From Schizochytrium sp. TIO01 (lineage: Eukaryota; Protista; Bigyra: Labyrinthulomycetes), in contig SMSO01000005.1 of the NCBI GenBank assembly GCA_004764695.1, positions 620,001-684,000 of the forward strand: DNA of 64,000 nt, written 5' to 3'. A program made the position numbers and the translations under genes. Each line of letters starts with the position of its first letter. The first letter of the stretch is position 1. The notes under the pieces are model-generated. The model had not been told where the DNA came from, ran no database searches, and saw only the letters and a program-made list of their open reading frames with translations. Shown here piece by piece: positions 37,901 through 50,672 of this stretch.

Positions 37901-40900
37901 CTGCAAGGCGATAACCGACACATAAATTTCATTTACACGCGTTCCAGGCCCAGAAAAAAGTACCATTCATATCAAAGAGTAAAAAGGAAAAAATTATCAA
38001 AGTTACTTGCAACCATGTGCACCAAACTCATTAATTCGAGCCATAGAGCTACTTCCGATGTACCAGTACTGTATCCTGATCTCTTGCTAGGTAGTAGTCG
38101 AAAGAAGTAGTAGTTGAATTATTTTCAGATAGAGCCATTCAAGATTTTGCAAACTCCTAACATTTTACCCAGTGATAGCTTCGACATGGGGTTTAATGCA
38201 TCTAGTAGGATTAACAGACGTATTATCTGACGTGAGGAAGTACTTTTTACCAAGTGAAACGAATACGCAGAGCAAGAGCAGCGCCTAGAGACACATGGAC
38301 AAGGGTGTGCTATTAGTGAGTGATCATGGGGCGATGTAATGTACTTCTTCTAACCCCTTTCCGTTATATAGGAAGAAATACTCCAAGGAGCAGCGCTCTC
38401 GACTGAGCAAATTCAATCGAGCGGGTTATTTACAATTCACTCTTCTTTGAGAAAGCAGGTACAAGTCCATTTTCTTCTCTTGTTGATTTAGAATTAATCT
38501 AGGTAGGTCGTCCACACTATCTACTTCGAGAATAAATAGATATCTACAATCTTTAACAAGAAAATATAGGACCAGCATCACCTTTAATTGTATCCGGTGT
38601 TCCCCATCAGAGCATGCATTATCTTGCACATCAGAGGTGAAAACTCCGGTAGAATCAAGGATTTCCCTGGCTTCTTGTTTAAAAAACTCAAATGACTCAG
38701 AGGTCGTAGAAAATGTTTATGGATACAAACGCTAAAGAAACAGTATGTGTAGTAGTGCGCAGAAGATGGCGATGAGCGCATAGTCAATGCAGTGGTACCA
38801 ATTCGTCCTCACTTTGAGGGTTGGGGCCCCGTTCTGTCGCGATTCGCCAAAACGAGTAAGTTTATGTTAGCTTCCATTAGCGTTGTCATAAACTTCTCTT
38901 ATTCGTTGAGATCTTTTTAATTTACAGTCAGCACTTTAGACTATCCTTTACAAACAAGCAAAAAACCAAGTTCAAAGCACTGATGACACTCTATGTCTCC
39001 AACCCAGCTCCTGGTACACTAGGTCGATCAATTTTTGTGCGTACAATATGCTCCGGCCGGAGGTGTACCATGCTTTACTGTTTTGGCTCCATGCCAAGCT
39101 GGACTATATTTCTTTATAAGACGGTTCACCTCTTTTCTCGTTAAAGCAGTCGCGACCAACTTGTAAAAAACTGTACCCTCCTACCTACTACTACCAGTTT
39201 TGTTATTTTAGTTTTATTTTATTACTTATTTTCACTTGCAAAACTATTCGCTGGTAGTTAGTAGGGAGTAAGAAAGACCATTACGGCTATTTATAGGAGT
39301 GGAAACCATTACTTACTTGTTGACTCATTTTCTTAATTTTTATTTAAAGTTCTTCGAAGAATACCCTCCATCAAGAAAAGAAAAGTGAACTACTACCATA
39401 ACCAAAACGGCTGCTATGCGGATCGAATTTTTTAATTTATTTGCAGGTAGAGAAGAACATATGACAAGAATCACACGGTTACCAGTATGGGTGACCCTTT
39501 TATAGCATTTTCTTTCAGATTTCATCTCCTCATTTTCGAAACAACATCGCAATGATGAATACAATTAAAAGAGCGCTCCAGAGAGCGTCAATTTTAATGT
39601 TGTAAGAAGTCATGGGATGGGTTTATTTAATCCTCATATTAACTAGGTTCATATGGCTTGGTTTTATTTTAGTATTATATATCTCAGCTTATGTAACTTT
39701 TAAATATTGTTTTTTTAATGTCCAAAATATAAATACTAAAGTATTACTTCTTCTTTTCTTTTCTTTTTTAAATAAAGAGCACCAACAATTTTTAAATTGA
39801 AAGAGAGTTTTTTTTTTTTTAAGTCATCCGCGGTCCTGCCAGTTTTTGTTTTTCCATGTAATAGTTTTATTCTATTTTTAAATCGACGTGTAGTCTCATA
39901 GTACTACCTACCACCTTATAATGCCAATATCTATGCTACCTTTGGAACAGGTTGGCGACAAGTAATAGCGTTTATAGTCTGGCTCGCAAACTGCAGATCT
40001 GTCTCCGATGATGTTGCTACCCAGGTAGGTAGCGGAAAATGCGTAGGGAAAGCATGCTTATCAAAGGATTGCATCGAGATTATTTATGCAAAAGAGACTA
40101 GCCGGACACGTCGAACTATAAAATTCGAAATGGATAAAGGAGGGAGATATTATAACAAATATCCTTCGAGACAAAAACTTCAATCCCGTACTCACTGAAT
40201 AATCTGGACGCGCAATGCCCGACAATTCACACAACATGCCTTATCTTGGGTTCAAGCCTGATTTCAACCTTTCCCTTTTATTTGACCAAACAGCTTTCTG
40301 CAAAATGGAAGGTTCAAGAAAGAAAAGGAAAGTGAGAAGGACAGATCACTTAGAACGCATTTGGGTGAGGAAGGAGAAGCTGAACATAAGTTATCCCTCC
40401 TTCGTGACACGAGGTAAACACAGTTTGCTCAATCTACCGCAGAAGAACCCGCTTCAAGGTGATAGTAAATAGAAGGTACGCAGCGGATCTCGTGCAGCCA
40501 TGAGCATTGAGTACTAGAATATCATAATTAGCCTGATTTTCCAAAGATGAAATTCCAACTTAAAGATGGATTCCCAACGATTTTGACTGAGAATTTAAGT
40601 TCTCTGATAGGAAGACAGCCACACGTGCTTCGATAAATTTTGAAGAGTTAATATGGAATGTTGAAGAATTTGTTGTTCCTTCAACCACTAAATTTCTACA
40701 AGATAATGAATTAAGTATTACAAATTATAATTGGGTGTAAAAACTCAATCTATCTCTTTTTATTAACATTTAAGCGCTTCTGTTGTTCATTTTTAGAGTC
40801 CTACTCTCTTTACAATACTTCAAAAGGTAACGTCGATTTGAAAAAGGGTTAAATTTTAGTGTACGTATATCCTAAGCTTCTTATGGTTAACCATTTTGTT

Positions 40901-43900
40901 GCTTTTGAAAAGGCTTCTGTAATCAAATCCCTCACTTCAATACCCGCTTATATTTGCGTAGTTAGGTTATTGTTGTTGTGCTAGGCTCTAAGAATGGGCT
41001 ATGAAACACAGGAGAAGGTGCCGAGTGTAAAATTTGAAATAGAGATTTGAAGTGACGTGAATTAATTTTATTCGCGATTTGAGGGAGCGTACCTTCGCTT
41101 ATAGCCTTGCTTAGAGTAAACAAATTTGTAAATCTATAACTGGTACATAACGACAAAGAAATAGAACAAACTAGAATTGAGGCCATTATCTTTGAGTGGT
41201 CCAGCAAGACAAATGTAAGCTGATGTTTTGGAGTAGCGTTAATACAAAGGCATGGCCCCGATGTCCAAATGTAAAGGATTGTTCATCTATGAAAGCCAGT
41301 GCTAGACCAAGAGACATCTTTATAATTCTTGAGTGAGAGTTTTGCAAATACATAATCTTTTGGTTGAATTAGACTAAGAGACCAAATTCTAGTGAAGTAG
41401 GCATGTTGGTAGACGGCCTCGCATTCCAGATTTATAAAAGAAAAGTACCTAGCGCCATCTAAAACACAATGCAACAAGATTTGCTCACGTTGACGAGAGC
41501 GGGACCTGCTTGAGTTTCAATATCTCACAAAACAATGATATCTTATACTTTTATTATAATTATGCTTAATATTAGGGTTTGCGCAAATAGTACTTTCAGT
41601 ACTGGCAAGTATACGATCATTATTCCGCAAAAGGAAGGCGTGTGGTACAAACTCTTTGCATGAATAATCAACTTCTAAATTAGGCATTTTTGAAGTAGAA
41701 GGTTATAGCAACCAAGAGAAACCGCAAGGGTGTTTCAATTTGTTGAATATAAGCTTGCCTCGCAATTTTAAAGACGGGTTTCATATGATAGCTTCTTGTC
41801 ACGAGTTTGATCCTGAAATATGACCGAGGGAAGTTTTAATGACTGTTTAGTTCATCTTCTTGTCGGGGAAATGAGAAGAATTACGCGTACATTTTCGCAA
41901 AATACCTACTTTTATGTGTCTCCCGCCCACAATCTGAAAGAAAATAAGATGCAGTGCTTGCTCGTATAGAGAACGAAGGAATACCAGCGTATCGTAGCTC
42001 AATAGGGAAGTCTGCCAGTCACCTTCAGCTTTTTCTCTAATTCTTTCCACCTAGTGTTTCTTTTTTTCCATCTCTGTTTTACTTCTACTTTTTCTTTTTC
42101 TTATTCCTAGTTTAAACTTTTATTTTATTTCTCGATGCATGACTCTTCTTTGTTTCCTTAGTCCTATTCGAAACCTCGATCTGAAAACGATGAGTTTGCC
42201 AAGGGCATTCATCATTGGCAGGCACCCCGTGCTGCCATGCGTTTCGATCTTAGAGTTAGAGGATAGCAGTAATTCATCTATTTTGCAGAGTTTACCACAC
42301 ACATGCTGAAATCACGAAGCACTTTGATCTGTCACAGGTGTGCTGGCGACCCGCTGGTGAGAATGATCTCTAGCACGCTAGGCCTCTTTGCCCTAGCCAA
42401 GACCCTTGGCCTTTCTTCTACTCGTACTAGTACCCGCCGTGCTGACTTCTTCAGTGTTCACCCAATTTACCCTCTTTAAAGATGCGACAGAGCATGTCAT
42501 ATCGGTGTCTCGTAGAGCGAACTGCAAATCTACGGACCCTGAGCAATGAGTCCTGAAGTGTGCACTGCTGAAAACGTCCTCACTCCGACACGTTAAATCT
42601 CAACTTAGTTGGAAGCTGCTCCTGCTTTAGTCAGAGTCGGATAGTACTATGACCATTCACCATTCAAGCTCGCCCAGAGCCCTTTCCTTGCATTCGAATG
42701 GGTAAGGTACACCTGTGTGGCGGCTTGGCTGGCTATCTGTGTCTTCCGGGTCGATCTCAGAATGCGACGATTTCCCTTACTTTCCTTAAGTTTTAAAAAA
42801 GGAAGTCGCGCAGGAGTTATTGGTAGTTTGTAGCTCCTATCAGTTGCTCCAGAAGGAAGTGCCCCTGTTATTCGGCAATAACCCAGACTCACTCCCATAC
42901 AAAAGTAGCGCCACACCGTTTTTTGGTTTTTTTTTGGTTTTTTTTACTTCTTAGCTTTTTTTTAAATGGTACCAGGGTATATATAATCAATCTTTCACTC
43001 TCACTGGTCAAAGGCAACTTTTATAAAATGTTTAGCTGTTTATGAGCTCTAACCAGAACAATCGCTCATTCTCTTTATCTCTATTTATTATTTATTATCA
43101 TTATTGTTGAAAAACCAATATCTACCTCCTTCTGTTTTCACTCACACACTCTTTTTCCCCTCTTTTTTAATTTAATAAATAAAATCTTTCCTTTTTTCTA
43201 TTCTTTTCTTCAAGTTTTCTCTCAGAATTTGAAAAAGATTAGGGTATTTATCCTGACAGTGTTTCAGAAATGAGGTTTGAGCCAGCGAGTCGAACTCCAA
43301 AAGGAGGAGACAGCTTGAGGCTATTATGCGCGAGAGTCACCGATGAAAGTTTATGGCTGCTCCTAAGTAGGCCTTTTGTATTATCTCTGCTAAATTCGTT
43401 CCATGTTAGTAGGAATGAATGAAATGACTTGGTTTTTCGGTACTATAGCCAACTTGGGCTGCAGATGAAGACTTACAAATCACATTAAGGACTCTGACAA
43501 GGCCACAATCTTTGCTCGCAAGCAACACTTGACATTAAGTCGTCAAACACTCTTAATGGTGCTGGAAGTGCCTTTTGTCGTCATGAGTCAAAGCATCTTA
43601 GTCATCGCAATTCTTCTCTGTACGCAAAGAAAGAACCTTGGTCTAGCTGTAAAGCGAGAATCATACAAGTATTAGGTTACTTTCGTTAAGATCTCAAGAG
43701 GATTTATGAGTGAGTGTGAACTCATATGAAGGGAGAAGGGATCGTTACAGAGACGGGTGCTTTCTTATTTTTTGTCGATACGCAAAGATCTGGTCGAACG
43801 TGGGCAAATGTAAACTTTTTTATGTGTTCGAAAACTTGAAAACTTGAAGGCTTTTATAAACCTAGTTTTAAAGTGCCTATGAATAAAGAAACCCGTAAGA

Positions 43901-45135
43901 TGAAAAAAGGAAGGCGGCAGAGCCGAGAATGTGATTTGGCGTGACAGAATATTTAACTACCGCTAGTTTACAAGACATTTGTTTTGGCCAGCTCCTCTGA
44001 GTAATTGGTGTAAAGTCTTTGATAGGGTTACATTTTCAAGCAAGCCATGATATAAAGAATAACCTAGAATTTGCGAAGGCAGTGACAGCGATCTCCACTA
44101 ATGACGAAGCTGATGCATCGTGAGTAATGGAGAAGACCATTTCCCAACTAAGCAACTTTTCTTCTTGTTCTATGCAGATTCGTAAAAAACTATCATTGAA
44201 AGATTTATGTAGTATTGTGAATATCGTACAGGTATAGGAATTTTTTTGCATGATTTATATCCAAACGGGGTTTGACTTGAGGTAGGTCAAAGTGGTTCTC
44301 AAAGCTTAAAAGGCTATTGGAGCACATATGAGGTGGTTTGATTGAACAGTTATTTTAGAAATTCAGATTGATAAAATAAGATCCATTGACTATTGCCCAC
44401 ACTACAACATGATAGATTTTGAATTGAACTTGACATACCAAGACTTAACGCTATACGTTTCGCCAAACTTCAACCAAATCAAACTATCCTTCAGTTTTAA
44501 GCTGTTCATAATACCACTACCTCATGCAATTATATCTCACATAAATTTTGAATTCCTAATTTTGGCATAAATCTATATTAATCATGACGAAGCTCGCAGT
44601 GGCGGAGAACAACTTCAAGTTTGAATATCACTTTGCTGGAAATGCCCTTGTGCCTTTTTGATTGGGACAAAAATCAATGATAAATTCTCGAAAAGGTAAT
44701 ATAAAATATGTCTATTCATTAGATTAAAAAAATTGCTATGTGGTACCTAGGAGCATGCATATATATTTTGTTTTGGTTATTTTAGGTGCAACAAATAAAA
44801 TAACCATAGAGTAATCCATCACCACAATAGATTAAAACTAGGATAATAGGCAAATAGATGGAGGAACGTAAGATCAAAAGTCATCATTTACAGTTCACAT
44901 TTAGACATCGATCCACTTTCATATACCATTCCTAAATGTGAAAGTTTGGCCGCCATAAAGGCCTTTTCTTCTATTGAGATACCTTTCACTTTTACTAAGT
45001 TAAATTCAGTCTCACCCAAACACAAACTATAGCTCCATTCTTCAACAGAGAAATATTAATATCAGCCAGGAAAACCATACTTGTGAAAATGGTATAATTT
45101 GAAAAATCTAAACTAAGAATCGTACCGTTGCCACC

Positions 45136-45957
45136 TTAAGGATTACAAACACATGACAAGTCGTAGAGATCTAGATAGCCATCTTTCGTATCTTCACGAG
45201 GTAATTTGTGGACTTGACGATTCAAAAACCGGGGGTTCAGAATATCTAGAAACTCATCCAGGCCATCACCAGGTCGACGAAGGGAACATAACAAAACACG
45301 ACCGTGCGTTGGTTCTACCAAGGTGCATATTACATCTACTAGTGCCTCCCAGCTTTGCCGGCCATAAACGTCTGTACTCACGCATTCTGCCGCGAGCACA
45401 AGATCCATATGGCCATGCCGTTTGATAAATGCGTTTGCATTTTCTTGTCCCCAGTATAGAGATTCAGTCATTACAGAGTGCCTTTCTACAGTTGTATGTT
45501 CTACCTGATTACCAAAGTCCTGCAAGTCTTTTCCTGGCTGATTATTTAAACAAGTCCGATCTTCACCTAAAGATAGTGCAGCTTTCCTTAGTGCGTCTGT
45601 GTTCAAGCGAACTGACATTTTCATTGCGTCGAGATACTCTGGAGTATCCGTAAGAACGACTTTGGACGCTCCTCGTAAAGCGCATACAAGCCCAGGTAAT
45701 CCACAGCAAGCGCCAAGCTCAGCAACAGACCCTTTCATAGGGGTACTTTCCTTTTCAAGAAACTTGGACATAGAAATGCTTGCATCCCAAATCATCGTCC
45801 CCCATGAAGTCCCAGAAAACAGGGGCGCCATATCTCCTTCACCTGCTCTAAAATCAAAGCAAAGCTCTACTGTTTCCTTGTCTGCTGCTGCTTCACTCTC
45901 CTTGTTCAGGCATACCTGGACGCGTGCGCCCTGTGCATTATGCTCAATTAATTGCAT
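45136..45957 (-). CDS. SAM-dependent protein lysine methyltransferase, METTL21/family 16-like
   Basis: GTMIWDASISMSKFL, motif I VAELGACCGLPGL, post-I VVLTD, LYWG, motif II DLVLAAECV. First ATG at 45957 (track start 46140 is non-ATG). Confidence 0.88.
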   Translation of the reverse strand: MQLIEHNAQGARVQVCLNKESEAAADKETVELCFDFRAGEGDMAPLFSGTSWGTMIWDASISMSKFLEKESTPMKGSVAELGACCGLPGLVCALRGASKVVLTDTPEYLDAMKMSVRLNTDALRKAALSLGEDRTCLNNQPGKDLQDFGNQVEHTTVERHSVMTESLYWGQENANAFIKRHGHMDLVLAAECVSTDVYGRQSWEALVDVICTLVEPTHGRVLLCSLRRPGDGLDEFLDILNPRFLNRQVHKLPREDTKDGYLDLYDLSCVCNP

Positions 45958-48545
45958 GATTTCCTGCTGTCTGCTCCGACGTCCACGATTTCCCAAGACA
46001 GAAACAGGTTTCTGTGAGCTCAGATTTGCACGGCGAAGGATTCTGGACTTTATAAGCCTCCCTCTTTCCCACTTGAAGTATTTGCCACGAAGTTGCTCTT
46101 GAGCACAATACTCCTTCCTCGCTGAGGCAGCTCGAAACACAAAGTCTGATACAGTGCGTTTGGGTGATAATAGGAGTTTGGAGGGTATGTCGATGAGCTG
46201 GTTAAGTCTTCGTTCCCGTCTAACGTGAAGCAGGTAGACTCTGTCAAATACTTGCTGCGATAAGAAACTTCAGACCAAGAGCTGAGATTATGTTTAGTAC
46301 GCCCGGTTCAATGAAGAGCTCTCTCCATTCCGTTTCACCAGCGCCGTGGAACCTCTAGACTAGACATTGAAATACAATTCTCTCTTGATTTATGGCTTGG
46401 GGAAAACGGTCTAAAATAGACCACTTATGGTTGTAATTCATGCTGGGGGAAATCCAGGAAGGATGTGTCTATAAGCAATCTGTTTGTTAAAGTCAAAGAT
46501 TAATTCAAGATTGTGACGTTTGCTTACGCAGAGGTCCCTTCGAACCTCATATGTCTCAATAAATACCTCCATTTACATCAAATATCAAACTACTACACTT
46601 CACATGGTTAATTATAGTGAGAAGTGAGACCCGGTTGAATTACGTTGAATCTAAATTCTTAAGAATAAATCTTCTCTGATCTGAAATGATCTTTGTTGAT
46701 ATCTGTCGAGGGCTACAGGCTGAGAAAAGAATAAAACGTGCGACTTAAATCATTACTGAACACTTAATCAGAACACCTATCTTCAACAAATCTTTGCGAG
46801 ATCAAGAGGGAAACGTAAGGTATAGACTTCAACTTTCCAGGTTGAAGCCTCAGCCGTGTGGTATGGAATTGCTTTTTACGGCACGGTTCATGATTCTTTT
46901 AGGTTTGAGATGCAGGAAGTAGAAATGTCTCACAATTATAGTGGAGAAGTCTAATGTCACAGAGATATGAAGTAAAGGTTGAAATGTAGATTCCCATATG
47001 AACTATTAGGAAAATTAAAGATGGAGCATACAGTTTAAACGATAATGTGACCAATAGCCGCATCCCATGAGCCCACCAGGCACAACAAACCACCAAACAC
47101 GCCCAAAACTAACAACAAGAACAATCTAACCACAAACAGAAACAGAAACATCATTTAGATAACCAATCATAAGTACACACCACGATTTGTATTAGTACAT
47201 TTAAGTTGCAGCTCATAAAAAAATGAAATATTATAGCTTACGAATTAAGATGCTTCTGGTCTAAAGGAACTGGCCAATACATTTATCGCAACAATCATCT
47301 AAAGTTTTCTTGTCAGACCTATTTACACTCAATATTGGCTGTGGCGCTCTAACCAATTTTAATCATGTTATTCAACCAAGTATGGGTGGTGTTCTAAAAA
47401 AGTGTTAAATGGTCCTTTCAGTCTCTCTATTGTGGAGGGTCTTATTGATACATTGACTGACATACAGACTGAACTTCTTAACTGAGCGACATAAGAGTGA
47501 TTATGCCAGAGCGTCGACTAATAAGGCATACAAAGGGTGAATTCATCATAGTATCCCCATTCAAGAGTGAGTATGCTCAACAAGACTACCTGAGGTAGTA
47601 CTTTCCTACTGGTACACTTAGAATATAACCTGTAAAATTTTGCAAAATTTGAATTTCCTGTGGTAACAAAGTGGAGCTAAGGCCCAATCGCGAGTTTTTC
47701 AAAACGACGATTCTTAAATCATGTCCTTGGATAGGTTACGCAAAAGGATGCCTCTGTCCGCGTGAATACCACGATCGGCTACATATTTGGACTTCTTGGG
47801 GGTATTTGAAAACCTTGGATGTTCCGAGCTTGTCCGCGATTGATTCCAAATTCATTGTGTCGTAATGAAGTGCAAATCACCTCGGAAAATAACCAGTTTG
47901 AATTCCGGTAGTCCAGTAAAGTGCGCAAGCTTGGCCTCTTGAAGTTGACCTCTCTACTGATGTCTTTGTAGACGGCAGAGACATCTGGATAGGCACCAAT
48001 CCGGCATCTGGAACTAACTTCCTTTTTGCATTTCGGAGTACACTACGGCCGTACTGCATTGCTCGCGGCTGCTGGAACAATGCGCAGCCATAGCCATAGG
48101 TGCTCTCTTGCGTATATGTGACTGCATCCGGAGAAGCGTCCGAAGGGCACTTGCTGAGACGCCAAACCTCTGGTTGAAGAACTCTAATAATTTCAATTGA
48201 ATTTTGCTTCAGTTGTAGTGTTTGGTTCCTTGGCCATTCCATTTTCTTACCTAACCTTGGAGACCTAAATTATTAGTATAATATATAATTTATACAGTAT
48301 ATGGAATAATCACTATGTAACATTTGGAGGTTATATAAGCTCTCTAACGTTTTCATAGGTACTGTTCCTCTGATGTCTAAGTAGGCATGACTAGTACGAG
48401 TAATAACATGTGCTATTGTTCTCTGGAGGTAGTAGAAGCGCGTATAAGAGTGAGAGTAAGAGCAACATAAAAGATGATATTAGTAAATCCTTTGATAGCA
48501 AACTTTGTTCATGGACGGAAAGCACCATCGATTAGGACCGCAAAG

Positions 48546-49394
48546 ATGTCATCTGGATACCGCGGCAGTAGTGCGGACGCCCGGAGCACTGCAAGCAGCA
48601 CGAGCCTTGGGCGCGGTGAAAAGGCTGGGTTCGGGTCCCGCAACTCCCGCGGAGCCACCAGCGGCACAAGCAGTGAATATGAATGTATGATCCACAGCGT
48701 AGCTCTAGAAAACACGGAGCAGGTAAAGCAACGTATCCAAGCCCTCTGCGACGATGGTTGTTCTCGTCTCCCTACGATACACGTGAGAGAAGTTGTCTGG
48801 CAACGCAAAAATACTGAGCGAGGTGGTCTCGCCGTAGGTCCCAACTCTAGCACCGAAATTCGTGTGCGAACAACTCATGGCGATTTAGTCAAGAATGGAA
48901 CTAGTACCCAGATCTGTGCTGCGGGCCAACCAAAGCTTCTGTCACGCGTAGATCAAGAAGATCGGGTTGAAGTTCTTCATTATGGACATCTTCAAGCTGC
49001 TCAACTAAAAGCTCTTGTTTCACCTGTTCGGAGTATGCTTCGCATAGGCGTTGCAGGTGACGTTGATCAATTCCTCCAATGCATGCTCTTCAACAAGTCT
49101 CATGAATTTTGTTATACTGGAGAACGCATCCTTACTCGTGAGAATGTTGAAATTGATATTTTTCGACGTACTAGTGGTTTCAAAAATGATACATATATTA
49201 TTCCAGAAGGATACTCAGACGTGAACTCTTCACCTTTGATTATTATTGTGCGTGCCATTGCAGGAAATGATGCTGAAATTGAACGAACGGCGAAAAAAGT
49301 GCGTGCCATTTTTAATGAGATCAAGATAGGTTCTTCGATGGAGGAGGTTAAGCCTGACTACTCTCTCACGCGACGACGGGATCAGATCCGGTAA
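48546..49394 (+). CDS. MED18: Mediator of RNA polymerase II transcription subunit 18
   Basis: YECMIH...VKQRIQALCD, HVREVVW, TEIRVR, PVRSMLRIGVAGDVDQFLQCMLFNKSHEFCYTG resemble Med18 blocks. Alternative upstream in-frame ATG at 48474. Confidence 0.72.
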   Translation: MSSGYRGSSADARSTASSTSLGRGEKAGFGSRNSRGATSGTSSEYECMIHSVALENTEQVKQRIQALCDDGCSRLPTIHVREVVWQRKNTERGGLAVGPNSSTEIRVRTTHGDLVKNGTSTQICAAGQPKLLSRVDQEDRVEVLHYGHLQAAQLKALVSPVRSMLRIGVAGDVDQFLQCMLFNKSHEFCYTGERILTRENVEIDIFRRTSGFKNDTYIIPEGYSDVNSSPLIIIVRAIAGNDAEIERTAKKVRAIFNEIKIGSSMEEVKPDYSLTRRRDQIR

Positions 49395-50672
49395 CTGGTC
49401 TCGACCTTTTTATTTTAACTTCCAAATCACCACCGTCTGGAACAGTCTAGCTTTGAGTCCCTGATTACGCACAGAATACCTGTAATTGACTCTTCTAAAA
49501 TAATACCTTTTATTGGTAAATTAACACCATAAAGTTTCCCATTATCTTTTTTTAATTTAATTTTCAACGTAGTTAAACATAGTCTTGAACTTCGTGATAG
49601 ATTGCCTGACAAAAGCACACATTTGCTACGCATTTGAAGCTTCAACATTCTTGTAAATTCAAAAGAAGTCTTTCACTACTTCAACAAAACCAAAAATGTA
49701 AGACATCACCTGAGAGCCCAATGTCAGATACAATGTTTAAAGGTATCTTCAATCCAGTATTTCGATTTCTCCCTACCGTCTCTGTGAGTCTTATCTGATT
49801 TAATAGCAAAACAAATAAAAATACTTCCCAAAGTATGCCATTAGAGTGCACATATGATTGCAGCTAGCAACCAACCATCGCAAGCTGCGTTTCCGCAATT
49901 TGATTAGGGCTTTAATCATGTTTGAGTTTCTAAATCAATCAATCAAGGAATATAAGAGCACTGCTGGGCAGGTTATCTTTTAAGTATGAAGCCTGTCTAG
50001 GCTAACTCTTCACTGTGCCACACCATTTTACAGATACATATCATCAATCTTATATACTATATATACTATAACATAATTCAAAGCAGAGGCTTCAGACGAG
50101 AAAGTTACGAATCTCAATGGAATGTACAATCTATATTTCATTCGCAGAAGAAGGAGGAATTCGCTGCAAATAATAAGTTAAAGGACGACGGAGTTGAACC
50201 AAAGAAGTTGCAGTTTTGCAATTAGGGCAAATAACAAGTATAATTTATACGGAGTGAGTTCAACGTTATGCAAACAATTCCATTTTCATGCATTGATCTT
50301 ACAATTACAGATGATCCTGCGTTAGTGGCTTTTTATCTGAAATATTCTTAAACGAAATTAATGTCTCCTCTATATCTTTTGACGTTATTGTCTCCACAAA
50401 AGTGATTTTAAAATTCGTTAAAGAGACTTGAGCGATGAGATGGCACTTGTTTATGCTCTTGATAAGCTTGCCCCCAAAATTTTAAAAGAAAGTTAGCACA
50501 TTTTTTTTAATTATTTTTTTGAGATTCTATAATATGTTTTTGGAGCTGCAGTTCGACATCTTGTTGCAAAGATGTTTGAAAAGATCGCATAAGCAAAAGA
50601 GACATTATAAAGTACGCCTCGATAAGATACGAATCTAGCTTAGAGAAAGCAAGGGGCAAGGTGCATACCAAT

